A stretch of DNA of 64,000 nucleotides from a virus. The notes below the pieces were generated by a model. The model did not search any database and had not been told where the DNA came from. It was given only the letters and a program-made list of their open reading frames with translations. The stretch spans positions 16,170-80,169 of the IMG/VR virus record IMGVR_UViG_3300042446_001440; one strand, given 5' to 3'. Of this stretch, positions 1-9,751 are shown in pieces (positions within the stretch are counted from its first letter, which is position 1; each line of letters opens with the position of its first letter). The position numbers and the translations under genes are program-made.

Positions 1-1092
1 CAAGATAATAATACATTAGTAGATTTTAATAGAGGAATAATAGATAGAATTGTACCTAGAAAAGATACTCCTACTTCACCTCCAACTACTGACACCCCTC
101 AATCTAATCTTACAACGTTATTAGAATCTTTAGGAGTAATATTTACTTTCTTTACAGATCTAGATCCGGAAGCTCATAAAACTGGTTTATTAAATGATGG
201 AGATTATGATGTAGATGAAGCAGGTAAATACCAAAACTCATTAAAAGATTTAATAAATTTCTTTAAAGCAATAAGTACATCCCGTACAAAAAATAAAGCA
301 ATTATACCTACTAAAGTATCATTAGTAATGGATGGTATAGGAGGAATAGTAATAGGAAATCTATTTAGACTCCCTTCAGATGTATTACCTAAAGGGTATA
401 GAGGAAGAGAAAATGAAGGAGGAAATAAAATAGGATATGCCGTTACTGGTTTAGGACATTCAATACAAAATAACGATTGGATAACTAATGTAGATGCTCA
501 ATTTATGATACTAGATGATCCAAAAAAAGGAATTGATGGTATTGATATTGATTTTGGTAATATAACAATAGTTACTACTGGTCAAGAAGCTAGTTTATCT
601 CCCTCCAATCCAGGTATATCTACTCCAACAGGGGGAACAACAAAGATAATTAATGGCGTAGCAAGAAAAAATGGAGACATAGAGGATTTACTAGTACCAA
701 TGAGATCAGATCTATATATCAGACATTGGAGCTCAGTATGTCAAAGTGATAAAAAACGTATAAGACTTCAAGCAGCAGCAATGCAAAATTTAGAAAAAAT
801 GCTAACAGACGCTTATACAGCGGGAATATATATTAAAGTAAATTCATCATACAGAACATATGAGGACCAAGTAAGAATAAAAAATCTGGCTGCTGGAATA
901 CCAGCTGCTGAACCTGGTAATTCAAATCATGGATTTGGATTAGCTGTAGATTTAGCAAATTCGGATGGTGGTAGAATTAATCCAATATCTACTCCAAAAG
1001 AATGGAAATGGATTCAAGATAATAAAGCAAAATATGGCTTTGAAAATATCAATACCACCACAGAATCACATCATTATAATTATATAAAATAA
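1..1092 (+). CDS. C-terminal part of a virion (baseplate hub/tail-like) protein with a VanY/M15B D,D-peptidase-like domain; 5'-truncated by the window
   Basis: Frame is open from base 1 (caa gat aat...) into the 328..1092 ORF. Contains M15 motifs SSYRTYEDQ, PGNSNHGFGLAVD and ESHHY. Confidence 0.75.
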   Translation, partial: QDNNTLVDFNRGIIDRIVPRKDTPTSPPTTDTPQSNLTTLLESLGVIFTFFTDLDPEAHKTGLLNDGDYDVDEAGKYQNSLKDLINFFKAISTSRTKNKAIIPTKVSLVMDGIGGIVIGNLFRLPSDVLPKGYRGRENEGGNKIGYAVTGLGHSIQNNDWITNVDAQFMILDDPKKGIDGIDIDFGNITIVTTGQEASLSPSNPGISTPTGGTTKIINGVARKNGDIEDLLVPMRSDLYIRHWSSVCQSDKKRIRLQAAAMQNLEKMLTDAYTAGIYIKVNSSYRTYEDQVRIKNLAAGIPAAEPGNSNHGFGLAVDLANSDGGRINPISTPKEWKWIQDNKAKYGFENINTTTESHHYNYIK

Positions 1093-1613
1093 TGTCACTA
1101 AGAATACCAGCTAACCAAATTGTAAAAAGTAAATATACTATCGGAAAAGAGTATATGTTTGAAAATACTTATAGAGAATATCAAGGATATTATTATGAAA
1201 CAAAGGGTAAATTATTTGCAGGTAAAGAATTTAATATTAATGCTCCCGTATTAGTAAAAATAAATTTTCTTAATACCACTCCTTTACGAACAAATCCCGC
1301 TACATTTGTGTATGGAATAATATCTGGAATAAAATTAAATAGTGCTGTTCCACCTTCTTTTATATTTCAATATAATTCTAATACTAGATATTTTTCATAT
1401 CAACTTACTAAAAAATTAATTAAAGAAATAGATAAAGATACTTTTACTAATTTTCAATCTAATCCTTTATATGTTATAGTATCGTTAAGTTATGCTGGAA
1501 AATTTAAAGATAGTGAATTAAAAGAAGCAGAGAAGAAAATTCCAGGTATAACTACTTATGTAAATACTTCTTATATAAATCCTTCTATAGAAGAAAGTGG
1601 TTTGATAGGCTAA
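1092..1613 (+). CDS. Hypothetical phage protein, possibly structural
   Basis: 173-aa ORF overlapping the upstream stop (TAATG). Confidence 0.55.
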   Translation: MSLRIPANQIVKSKYTIGKEYMFENTYREYQGYYYETKGKLFAGKEFNINAPVLVKINFLNTTPLRTNPATFVYGIISGIKLNSAVPPSFIFQYNSNTRYFSYQLTKKLIKEIDKDTFTNFQSNPLYVIVSLSYAGKFKDSELKEAEKKIPGITTYVNTSYINPSIEESGLIG

Positions 1614-1632
1614 ATTTCCTTTCATATCTTAA
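1601..1632 (+). promoter_or_regulatory. Bacteroidota-type promoter (TTTG-N20-TATCTTAA) upstream of the PolA-like gene
   Basis: Matches a motif repeated at more than 10 intergenic sites in this window. Confidence 0.6.
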
Positions 1633-1654
1633 AGCAAACAAAAGGTTATGAAAT

Positions 1655-2950
1655 ATGTTCTACATTATTGAAAGAAAAGACCAACTAGACCAATTAGGTC
1701 CGTTCAAAGATTGCTTTGTAAAGTTTATTCAAGGGAATGACAACTACCACCCTAAATTAAGTCCATTAAGCTTAATTTATGTCAGAGATACATCTGAACA
1801 TAAAGGATACATTCTATGCTTAAACCACAATGAATCATTTTCATTAGAGATTAAAGACGTATTTGATTGGTTATTGAATAAAACCGAACGCTTATTCGTA
1901 TTGAATAAGAAAGAAGCATTATATTCGTTTCCACACGAACACAAATTATTCGACATTGAATTCCTTAAACTTCCGGACCTAACCGCGTCACACCGCGTGC
2001 CAGCAATTACGTACTATTATCAACACCATACTAACTTACCGAATGTTAACTGCTTAATTCCTATTAGTAAACATTACGAAGAAAACGAAAATATATTTAG
2101 TGTAATACTACCTATAATCCGTAGCTATCGAGCAGATAACGCCGTTTATGCGTTTAATAATGGCCCTTTAACGCGCGTATTTCATGAAATAGAATCACAA
2201 GGTATTCAAGTAGATAAAAAATGCTTCGTGGATTGCTATGGTGAGGAATTAAAATACCCTCAATTTAACCTTAGCAAAAGTAAAATATACAGCCAATACA
2301 ATTTACAAACACTAACAGGCAGACCTTCAAACACATACAACAGTATTAACTTCGCAGCATTAAATAAAACAAGTGGCGAGCGTTTATGCTATAAACCCGC
2401 AAATGGTACGTTTGTAGAATTCGATATGCAAGGATATCATCCACGCTTAATAGCTGAATTGATTGGATTTGAATTTAATGATAAAAACACATACGAGACA
2501 TTAGGAGAATTATTAGGTGTCAGTACTCAAGAAGCTAAGGAACTAACATTCAAACAATTGTATGGAGGTGTATGGGATGAATATAGAAACAAACCATTCT
2601 TCAAAGATATCGTAGCGTTAACCGATGGTATATGGGAAGAGTATCAATATGGGGGACGATATTCGACAGAAAATCGAATATTTATATCTGACCGTGAGAT
2701 GACGCAATCTAAATTGCTGAATTACATCGTTCAAAGTATGGAAACGTCAACTAATGTTAAGATGTTAGTAGATATATTGGAGTATTTAAAAGATAAACAA
2801 ACCAAAATAGTACTGTATACTTATGATGCATTCTTATTCGATTATGCTGAATCAGACGGAAAACAAACGCTAATAGATATAAAACAGTTAATTAAATACC
2901 CAGTGAACATTAAAATGGGTAAATCTTATCACGAACTAAACAAAATATAA
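1655..2950 (+). CDS. Family A DNA polymerase-like protein (short, degenerate exonuclease region)
   Basis: Motif A-like FVEFDMQGYHPRL, motif B-like KELTFKQLYGG, motif C-like YTYDAFLFD, and TLTGRPS. Confidence 0.8.
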   Translation: MFYIIERKDQLDQLGPFKDCFVKFIQGNDNYHPKLSPLSLIYVRDTSEHKGYILCLNHNESFSLEIKDVFDWLLNKTERLFVLNKKEALYSFPHEHKLFDIEFLKLPDLTASHRVPAITYYYQHHTNLPNVNCLIPISKHYEENENIFSVILPIIRSYRADNAVYAFNNGPLTRVFHEIESQGIQVDKKCFVDCYGEELKYPQFNLSKSKIYSQYNLQTLTGRPSNTYNSINFAALNKTSGERLCYKPANGTFVEFDMQGYHPRLIAELIGFEFNDKNTYETLGELLGVSTQEAKELTFKQLYGGVWDEYRNKPFFKDIVALTDGIWEEYQYGGRYSTENRIFISDREMTQSKLLNYIVQSMETSTNVKMLVDILEYLKDKQTKIVLYTYDAFLFDYAESDGKQTLIDIKQLIKYPVNIKMGKSYHELNKI

Positions 2951-3417
2951 TGGACAGTAAGATATCATTAGTAAACAATCCTAACATATTTATGGGTAAT
3001 GAATGGTCACCCAACACAGACTTAATGAACAAATTATTTTGTACTTTTACATTACTGATTGATTTAGAGGAAACAGTAACAACAATTAATCGCAGATACT
3101 CAATATTATTCGGTAAAATATTTATACTTGAATCACCTCAAAGTGATGAATTGATATGCACATACAATATTGATACCAATAATGTATCAGCAGAACCAAT
3201 GCCTAATACTATCTTATTACATCGTAAGAAAGAATCTAATACATTATATACTATCAATGCACTTAATACATTGATTATGTCATTGAATGAAGGTAGATTA
3301 GATAAAAACTATATGGTGAATTGGCAGGATTATAAAAATAGTATATTACTAACTAATGGTCCTGACCTAAGAAAATTAGATACAGCAATACATAAGATAA
3401 TAGATTTCAATAAATAA
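2950..3417 (+). CDS. Hypothetical phage protein (true start may be ATG 3025)
   Basis: ORF in the replication block. An ATATTTAT motif at 2986 precedes ATG 3025. Confidence 0.6.
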   Translation: MDSKISLVNNPNIFMGNEWSPNTDLMNKLFCTFTLLIDLEETVTTINRRYSILFGKIFILESPQSDELICTYNIDTNNVSAEPMPNTILLHRKKESNTLYTINALNTLIMSLNEGRLDKNYMVNWQDYKNSILLTNGPDLRKLDTAIHKIIDFNK

Positions 3418-3433
3418 TCTTCGTAAGAAGAGT

Positions 3434-3464
3434 TTTGAAAACCAAAATAAGAATCATAGATTCA
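3434..3464 (+). promoter_or_regulatory. Promoter TTTG-N19-TAGATTCA upstream of the SSB gene
   Basis: Same recurrent motif. Confidence 0.6.
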
Positions 3465-3510
3465 ACCTATATTGTGTTCATAGAACACCTAACAATTAAA
3501 CCCAATTAAC

Positions 3511-4347
3511 ATGGACTTAAGTCTCATCAAACAGAAGTTGACCGCTTCTCAAAACAAAGGTCAAAAGAAAACATACGAAAAGATCGACTACTCAAAGATC
3601 TTCTGGAAACCAAAACCAGGTAAACATCAAGTTCGTATTCTACCTTCAAAATTCAACAAAGCCGATCCATTCCGCGAAGTGTATTTCCACTATGGTTTCT
3701 CTAAAGGACCTATCTTGGCATTAACTAACTGGGATGAAAAAGATCCAATCGCTGAATTCGCAAAATCACTACGCAAATCATCAGACAAAGAAGATTGGCA
3801 GTTAGCATCAAAAATCAGTCCTAAATTACGTTATTTCGTTCCTGTAGTAGTACGTGGCGAAGAAGCAGCAGGTGCTCGTTTATGGGAATTTGGTAAATTG
3901 ATCTACGATCAATTACTAGGTATTGCTAATGACGAAGATTATGGCGATTTTACAGACATTACAGATGGTCGTGACTTTACAGTTGAAGCTGTTGAAGAAG
4001 CAGTAATGGGTAGAAAAGGTATTAAATGCACACTTCGCGTTAAACCTAAAACAACTACAATTTCAGATGACGCCGCATTCGTAACTAATGTATTAGAAAA
4101 TCAACCCGATATTCTTAGCATTAACAAACGTTACACATTTGATGAATTGAAAGATTTATTAGATAAGTGGTTAAATCCTGAAGACGAAGAAACAACTGAA
4201 ACTCCAATCGCTTCTAAAACAGAAGATGAAGAGGAAGAAGATGATTTCTTGAAGGAAATGAACAAGCCGGTAGAACAAACCTACAAACTTGATACCAACG
4301 CAGCAAAAACGTCCAACGCTGACAAATTCGACGATTTATTTAACTAG
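3511..4347 (+). CDS. T4 gp32-like single-stranded DNA-binding protein
   Basis: FWKPKPG..VRILP, LWEFGK.IY and DITDGRDF motifs; acidic tail ending DDLFN; directly upstream of RecA. Confidence 0.8.
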   Translation: MDLSLIKQKLTASQNKGQKKTYEKIDYSKIFWKPKPGKHQVRILPSKFNKADPFREVYFHYGFSKGPILALTNWDEKDPIAEFAKSLRKSSDKEDWQLASKISPKLRYFVPVVVRGEEAAGARLWEFGKLIYDQLLGIANDEDYGDFTDITDGRDFTVEAVEEAVMGRKGIKCTLRVKPKTTTISDDAAFVTNVLENQPDILSINKRYTFDELKDLLDKWLNPEDEETTETPIASKTEDEEEEDDFLKEMNKPVEQTYKLDTNAAKTSNADKFDDLFN

Positions 4348-4359
4348 TAAAATCAAGTT

Positions 4360-5463
4360 ATGGCCAAAGCAAAAACGGGAGAAACACTTTCGAGTGTAAT
4401 ATCCAAATCAATAAACGCTAAGGAAGGCTTTAGTTTAGATAATTTTAAAAAATCTAAATTTCTAGACCAATCCGTTAAGTTTAAAAAACAAAGATGGGTT
4501 CCATTCTCTCCTGCATTACAGGAAGCATTAGGAATCCCAGGAATACCATTAGGTGGAGTAACATTACTTCGTGGCCATTCAAACACAGGAAAATCTACAA
4601 CACTATCTGAAATAGCAGCTAATGCTCAACAGATGGGAGTACTACCTGTATACATCATCACTGAGATGAAACATGATTGGGACTTTCCAAGAAAGTTAGG
4701 ATTTCAGATGGAAGAGGTAGTAGATGAAGAAACTGGAGAAGTTACCAACTATAAAGGATTCTTCATGTATGTAGATAGAGGTTCCTTAAATAGCATTGAG
4801 GATATGGCTGGATTCATTGCTGATCTTCTAAACGAACAAGCACAGGGTAAATTACCATACGATTTATTATTCTTAATTGATAGTATCGGTTCAATCCCAT
4901 GTAAAATGAGTATAGAAGCTAACAACAATAATCCTCAATGGAATGCAGGCGCGTATAGTCAACAATTTGGTAATTTCATTAACCAAAGAATTACACTATC
5001 ACGTAAAGAAACACAACCTTACACCAATTCTATAGTAGCAGTAAATAAAGTATGGGTATCACCAGCCGAAACTAGGTTCTCGCAACCTAAAATGAGAAAT
5101 AAAGGTGGAGATACAATGTTCTATGATGCTTCATTAGTATTAACATTTGGTAATATTACCAACTCAGGTGTAAGCAAAATTAAAGCTACTAAGAACGGAA
5201 AAGAAGTAGAATTCGCAACCCGAACTAAAGTAAGCTGCGACAAGAATCACGTTACTGGAATCACTACTAAGTCAACTATAGTAATGACACCTCATGGATT
5301 TATAGAAGATGAACCTAAAGCTATTGACAAATACAAAAAAGAGCATAGCAATGAATGGTCAGCAATTCTAGGAACTACAGGTGAAATTAAAATTGTAGAA
5401 GATAACTCAGAATGGGAAGAAGATAACAAAAACATTCCCGTAATAGGAGTAGAGGAAAACTAG
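4360..5463 (+). CDS. recA: RecA/UvsX-like recombinase
   Basis: Walker A GHSNTGKS, Walker B FLIDSIGS, KGG..FYDASL and KVSCDKNH. Confidence 0.85.
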   Translation: MAKAKTGETLSSVISKSINAKEGFSLDNFKKSKFLDQSVKFKKQRWVPFSPALQEALGIPGIPLGGVTLLRGHSNTGKSTTLSEIAANAQQMGVLPVYIITEMKHDWDFPRKLGFQMEEVVDEETGEVTNYKGFFMYVDRGSLNSIEDMAGFIADLLNEQAQGKLPYDLLFLIDSIGSIPCKMSIEANNNNPQWNAGAYSQQFGNFINQRITLSRKETQPYTNSIVAVNKVWVSPAETRFSQPKMRNKGGDTMFYDASLVLTFGNITNSGVSKIKATKNGKEVEFATRTKVSCDKNHVTGITTKSTIVMTPHGFIEDEPKAIDKYKKEHSNEWSAILGTTGEIKIVEDNSEWEEDNKNIPVIGVEEN

Positions 5464-5464
5464 T

Positions 5465-6490
5465 ATGAAAAACAAATATGCCAATATGTTGGCTAAGGTA
5501 AATAATGATCAACGCGGAGTCCAAGACTCCGTTTTGATTCTGGATGGCTTAAATACATTCTTAAGAGCATTTACTATGATCAATCACATTAACCCTGAAG
5601 GCCATCATGTCGGTGGTCTGACGGGTTTCTTAAAATCTTTAGGCTACGCTATCAAAATGATAGACCCCACAAAGGTGATTATAGTATTTGATGGTGTTGG
5701 AGGTTCTAACAGTAGACGAAATTTATTCCCTAATTATAAAGCTAATAGGAATACAAGCCGAATGACTAATTATGCTATCTTCTCTAGTAAAGAAGACGAG
5801 AGAGAAGCAATAAATAATCAAATGGCAAGATTAATAAATTATCTTCAATGTCTACCAGTATCTATGATCTGTGTAGATGGAATTGAAGCGGATGACACAA
5901 TAGGATATCTAGTAGGTAAATTTGAGAAATTTGAATCTACTAAAGAAGTAGTAATAATGTCTGCTGATAAAGATTTCCTTCAATTAGTAAGTGATAAAGT
6001 AAAAGTATATTCACCTACTAAAAAGAAAATGTATAAACCATCCGATGTATTAGAAGAATATAAAGTCAGCAGCATCAATTTCATCAACTATAAAGTATTA
6101 ATGGGAGATGTCTCAGATAATATACCAGGTATAAATGGATTAGGACCTAAAAAACTATTCAAAATGTTTCCTGAATTAGCAACCGACACTCCATTAACAG
6201 TAGAAGGTATAATAAATAAAGCTACTGAGAATATAAATGAACATGACTTATACGCTCGCATAGTAGAAAGAAAACGCCAATTAGAAATTAACAATCAATT
6301 GATGAATCTAAAGACAATTCCTATATCGCAAGGTAACGAGGAACAAATTAAAGCTAGCTTCAACTCACAGTATAAATTAAATTCACATGCCTTTATGAGT
6401 ATGTATATTGCTGATCTCTTAGGAGAAAGCATACCGAATACACCTACTTGGTTAAATCAAGTATTTGGTTCTTTAAATTCTTCTAAATAA
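5465..6490 (+). CDS. 5'-3' exonuclease / flap endonuclease (T4 RNase H-like)
   Basis: LILDGLN, FDG, YKANR, EADDTIG, SADKDFLQL and GDVSDNIPGINGLGPK motifs. Confidence 0.9.
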   Translation: MKNKYANMLAKVNNDQRGVQDSVLILDGLNTFLRAFTMINHINPEGHHVGGLTGFLKSLGYAIKMIDPTKVIIVFDGVGGSNSRRNLFPNYKANRNTSRMTNYAIFSSKEDEREAINNQMARLINYLQCLPVSMICVDGIEADDTIGYLVGKFEKFESTKEVVIMSADKDFLQLVSDKVKVYSPTKKKMYKPSDVLEEYKVSSINFINYKVLMGDVSDNIPGINGLGPKKLFKMFPELATDTPLTVEGIINKATENINEHDLYARIVERKRQLEINNQLMNLKTIPISQGNEEQIKASFNSQYKLNSHAFMSMYIADLLGESIPNTPTWLNQVFGSLNSSK

Positions 6491-6510
6491 ATTTAAATAA
6501 AATAGGTTAT

Positions 6511-7887
6511 ATGGCTACATTAAATAAGCTTAATCAATACGGAAACGCCTTCCAAATTAAAGTATTAGGTGCATTATTAACACAACGAGATTTCCTATTA
6601 AATATAGCAGATTCATTAGACAGTGAGTACTTTGAATCACAAGCACACAAATGGGTGATAGAATATATTATTAAATACTTCAGCCAATACCATACTTATC
6701 CTACAATAGAAACATTAGCGATTGAAATTAAAAAGATCGATAATGAAGTACTAAGAATATCACTTACAGATTCAATACGTGAAGCATATAAAATGTCTGA
6801 TGTGAGTGATTTAGAATGGGTAGAGAAGGAATTTAGTGATTTCTGTAAGAACCAGCAAATGAAAAAAGCGATTATGACATCAGTAGACCTACTAAACTTA
6901 GGTGACTATGATGGAATTAGAGGCTTAATTAACGATGCTATGAAAGCGGGTGAAGAAAAAAACATAGGTCATATATACGAAACCGATGTTGAATCTAGAT
7001 ATAGAAAAGACGATAGAAACGTCATTCCATTCCCTTGGAAAACATTTAATGAACTAACACAAGGTGGATACGGTAAAGGAGATCTAGTATTATTATTCGG
7101 TAATCCAGGTGGAGGTAAATCATGGGGTGTAATTGCAATGGGAGCGTATGCCGCCGCATTAGGATTTAACGTAGTACATTACACATTAGAATTATCTGAA
7201 GGATATGTAGGTAAACGTTATGATGCAGTATTCTCAGGTGTAGATGTAGATAAATTAGATAATCATCGCAACGATGTAAACGAAGCAATCGCTAAAATAA
7301 AAGGTAAAATCGTTATTAAAGAGTATGCTCCAAAACGAGCATCACTAGATACAATCGAAGCACATCTACAACAATTAGAACATCAAAACGAATTTAAACC
7401 AGATATGATCATTATAGATTATTTAGATCTATTAAGAACTAAAGGTAGAAAAGAACGTAAAGATGAAATCGATGATGTTTATACTGATGCTAAAGGAATG
7501 GCTAAAGAATTAGGAATACCTGTAGTATCACCATCACAAGCAAATAGAACAGGCGCAGATAAGGACATACTTCAAGCGGAAAATGCGGCTGGCTCATACG
7601 ATAAAATTATGATTGGAGATATCATTATATCGCTTGCACGTGGCAGAAAAGATAAGGTAAACGGTACTGGTAATTGGCATTTCATTAAAAATAGATACGG
7701 CGCTGATGGATTAACATTCGGTTCTCACATCAACACAGCCAACGGCTATATAGACATAAATGAACAACCTAGAGATGATGAAGAACATGATGCTAAACAA
7801 ACTAAAGCATCTAGCTACTCAGACGTAGGAGTAGAAGATCGTTACGTTCTTCGAAGTAAGTTCATGAAATTAGAAAAGGAAACATAG
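6511..7887 (+). CDS. dnaB: Replicative DnaB/gp41-like helicase
   Basis: GNPGGGKS Walker A, TLEL, IIIDYLDLL, SQANR and KNRYG. Confidence 0.9.
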   Translation: MATLNKLNQYGNAFQIKVLGALLTQRDFLLNIADSLDSEYFESQAHKWVIEYIIKYFSQYHTYPTIETLAIEIKKIDNEVLRISLTDSIREAYKMSDVSDLEWVEKEFSDFCKNQQMKKAIMTSVDLLNLGDYDGIRGLINDAMKAGEEKNIGHIYETDVESRYRKDDRNVIPFPWKTFNELTQGGYGKGDLVLLFGNPGGGKSWGVIAMGAYAAALGFNVVHYTLELSEGYVGKRYDAVFSGVDVDKLDNHRNDVNEAIAKIKGKIVIKEYAPKRASLDTIEAHLQQLEHQNEFKPDMIIIDYLDLLRTKGRKERKDEIDDVYTDAKGMAKELGIPVVSPSQANRTGADKDILQAENAAGSYDKIMIGDIIISLARGRKDKVNGTGNWHFIKNRYGADGLTFGSHINTANGYIDINEQPRDDEEHDAKQTKASSYSDVGVEDRYVLRSKFMKLEKET

Positions 7888-7928
7888 TATATACTATATT
7901 TATAACTACAACTACAACAATTAAATTT

Positions 7929-8186
7929 ATGATAACAGTTAAAAGATTTACGGCCGCTTGGTGCGGTCCGTGTAAGCAGCTTGCTCCAATTATGGGACAA
8001 GTACAATCCGAGATGTCAAATATCGATTTTCAAACCATAGACGTAGATGCTAGTCCTGACTTAGCAGTGAAATATAATGTATCTTCTATCCCAGCTTTAA
8101 TATTTGAGAAGGATGGGCAAGAAGTAAAGCGTATCTTAGGCGTACAATCAAAATCAACATTAATTTCAATTTTAAACTCACTTTAA
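7929..8186 (+). CDS. trxA: Thioredoxin
   Basis: WCGPC active site; adjacent to ribonucleotide reductase genes. Confidence 0.92.
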   Translation: MITVKRFTAAWCGPCKQLAPIMGQVQSEMSNIDFQTIDVDASPDLAVKYNVSSIPALIFEKDGQEVKRILGVQSKSTLISILNSL

Positions 8187-9136
8187 TGATCACTGAACCA
8201 CGTTTATTCTACAAACCATTTGAATATCAAGAAGCATTTAATTTCTATAAAGACCAACATAGAGTACATTGGTTAGCTGATGAAGTTCCATTAGCATCTG
8301 ATCTTAATGATTGGAAACAAAAACTAACCGAATCTGAAAAGAACTTAATCGGTAATATCTTAAAATCATTCGCTCAAACAGAAGTACACGTAAACGATTA
8401 CTGGTCTACTAAAGTATCATTATGGTTTCCAAAACCAGAGATACAAGCAATGGCTCGTGTATTTGCTGACTTTGAAAGTATACATGCTGAAGCATATGCC
8501 CGTTTAAATGAAGAATTAGGGTTAGATGATTTTGAAGCATTTATGGAAGACGAATCATCAAAAGCAAAAATTGACCGTTTACTAGAAGTACCAGGAGATA
8601 ATATAGCAGAAAAAGCACTATCATTAGCTATCTTCTCAGCGTTTACTGAAGGTGTAAATTTATTCTCTTCATTCGCTATATTAATGTCTTTCCAATTAAG
8701 AAACTTAATGAAAGGAACAGGACAAATAGTAGAGTGGAGTGTTAGAGATGAGTCATTACATTCAAGAGCAGGATGTTGGTTATTTAATAAGTTATTAGAA
8801 GAACAACCTGAACTTAATACATCTGAAATGAGAGATAATGTTATTGAAGCATGTAACATATCAGTTAAATTAGAATTTGATTTCATTGATAAAGCATTTG
8901 AGATGGGTGCTGTTGAAGGATTAAATGTAGATCAATTAAAGAACTTCATCAAAGCTAGAGCAAACGAAAAAATGATTGAATTAGGTTATAATGCAATATA
9001 TAATGACATTGATCCAAATCTATTAAAACAAATGGATTGGTTCGGTCACTTAACAAGTGGTAAAACACATCAAGACTTCTTCGCGGGTCGCGTAACAAAT
9101 TATTCTAAATCAGCCGCTGATTGGTCTGACCTTTAA
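8186..9136 (+). CDS. nrdB: Ribonucleotide reductase class I beta subunit
   Basis: ESIHAEAY, TEGVNLFSSF, RDESLH and DFF motifs. Confidence 0.95.
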   Translation: MITEPRLFYKPFEYQEAFNFYKDQHRVHWLADEVPLASDLNDWKQKLTESEKNLIGNILKSFAQTEVHVNDYWSTKVSLWFPKPEIQAMARVFADFESIHAEAYARLNEELGLDDFEAFMEDESSKAKIDRLLEVPGDNIAEKALSLAIFSAFTEGVNLFSSFAILMSFQLRNLMKGTGQIVEWSVRDESLHSRAGCWLFNKLLEEQPELNTSEMRDNVIEACNISVKLEFDFIDKAFEMGAVEGLNVDQLKNFIKARANEKMIELGYNAIYNDIDPNLLKQMDWFGHLTSGKTHQDFFAGRVTNYSKSAADWSDL

Positions 9137-9187
9137 AAAGTATCCAATGGGGACAATATTCTTATATATTTATTGCAAATAACATAT

Positions 9188-9751
9188 ATGAAAAAATGCA
9201 ATAAATGTTTAAAGGAATATCCATTAGATGGTTTTAGTAAATTTAAAAGAAATAAAGATGGATATATGTCATACTGCAAAGTATGCCACCGTGTTCAAGT
9301 TAAAGCTAATAGGAGTAAATATAAAGAATACGATAAAGAATACGCTAAACTTCAATGGCCTAAAAATAAAGATAGAATTAGAGAAGAATACAGGGAGTAT
9401 TTTAAAATATATAAACGTGAACGTAGAAAAGATCCTATATTTAGATTAAAAGAAAATATGCGTAATTACTTCTATCAATCTTTCATAAAGAATAGAAATG
9501 CTAAGCGTGATTCCATTTTAAGCTATATAGGATGTTCATTCGATGATTTAAAAATATACTTAGAAAATAGTTTCGATGAAAATATGTCTTGGGAAAACTA
9601 TGGTTCATATTGGGAAATAGACCATAAAGATCCTATATTTAACTTCTCCACATCGGAAGAAGATTTATATAAATGTTGGAATTATAGTAATTTACAACCC
9701 CTAACAATATCAGAAAATAGAATAAAACATAATAAAATACAAACAAAATGA
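9188..9751 (+). mobile_element. Free-standing HNH-type homing endonuclease between nrdB and nrdA
   Basis: N-terminal CxxC..CxxC; MSWENYG..WEIDHKDP and NYSNLQPL..EN..K motifs. ATG 9188 preferred over TTG 9173. Confidence 0.75.
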
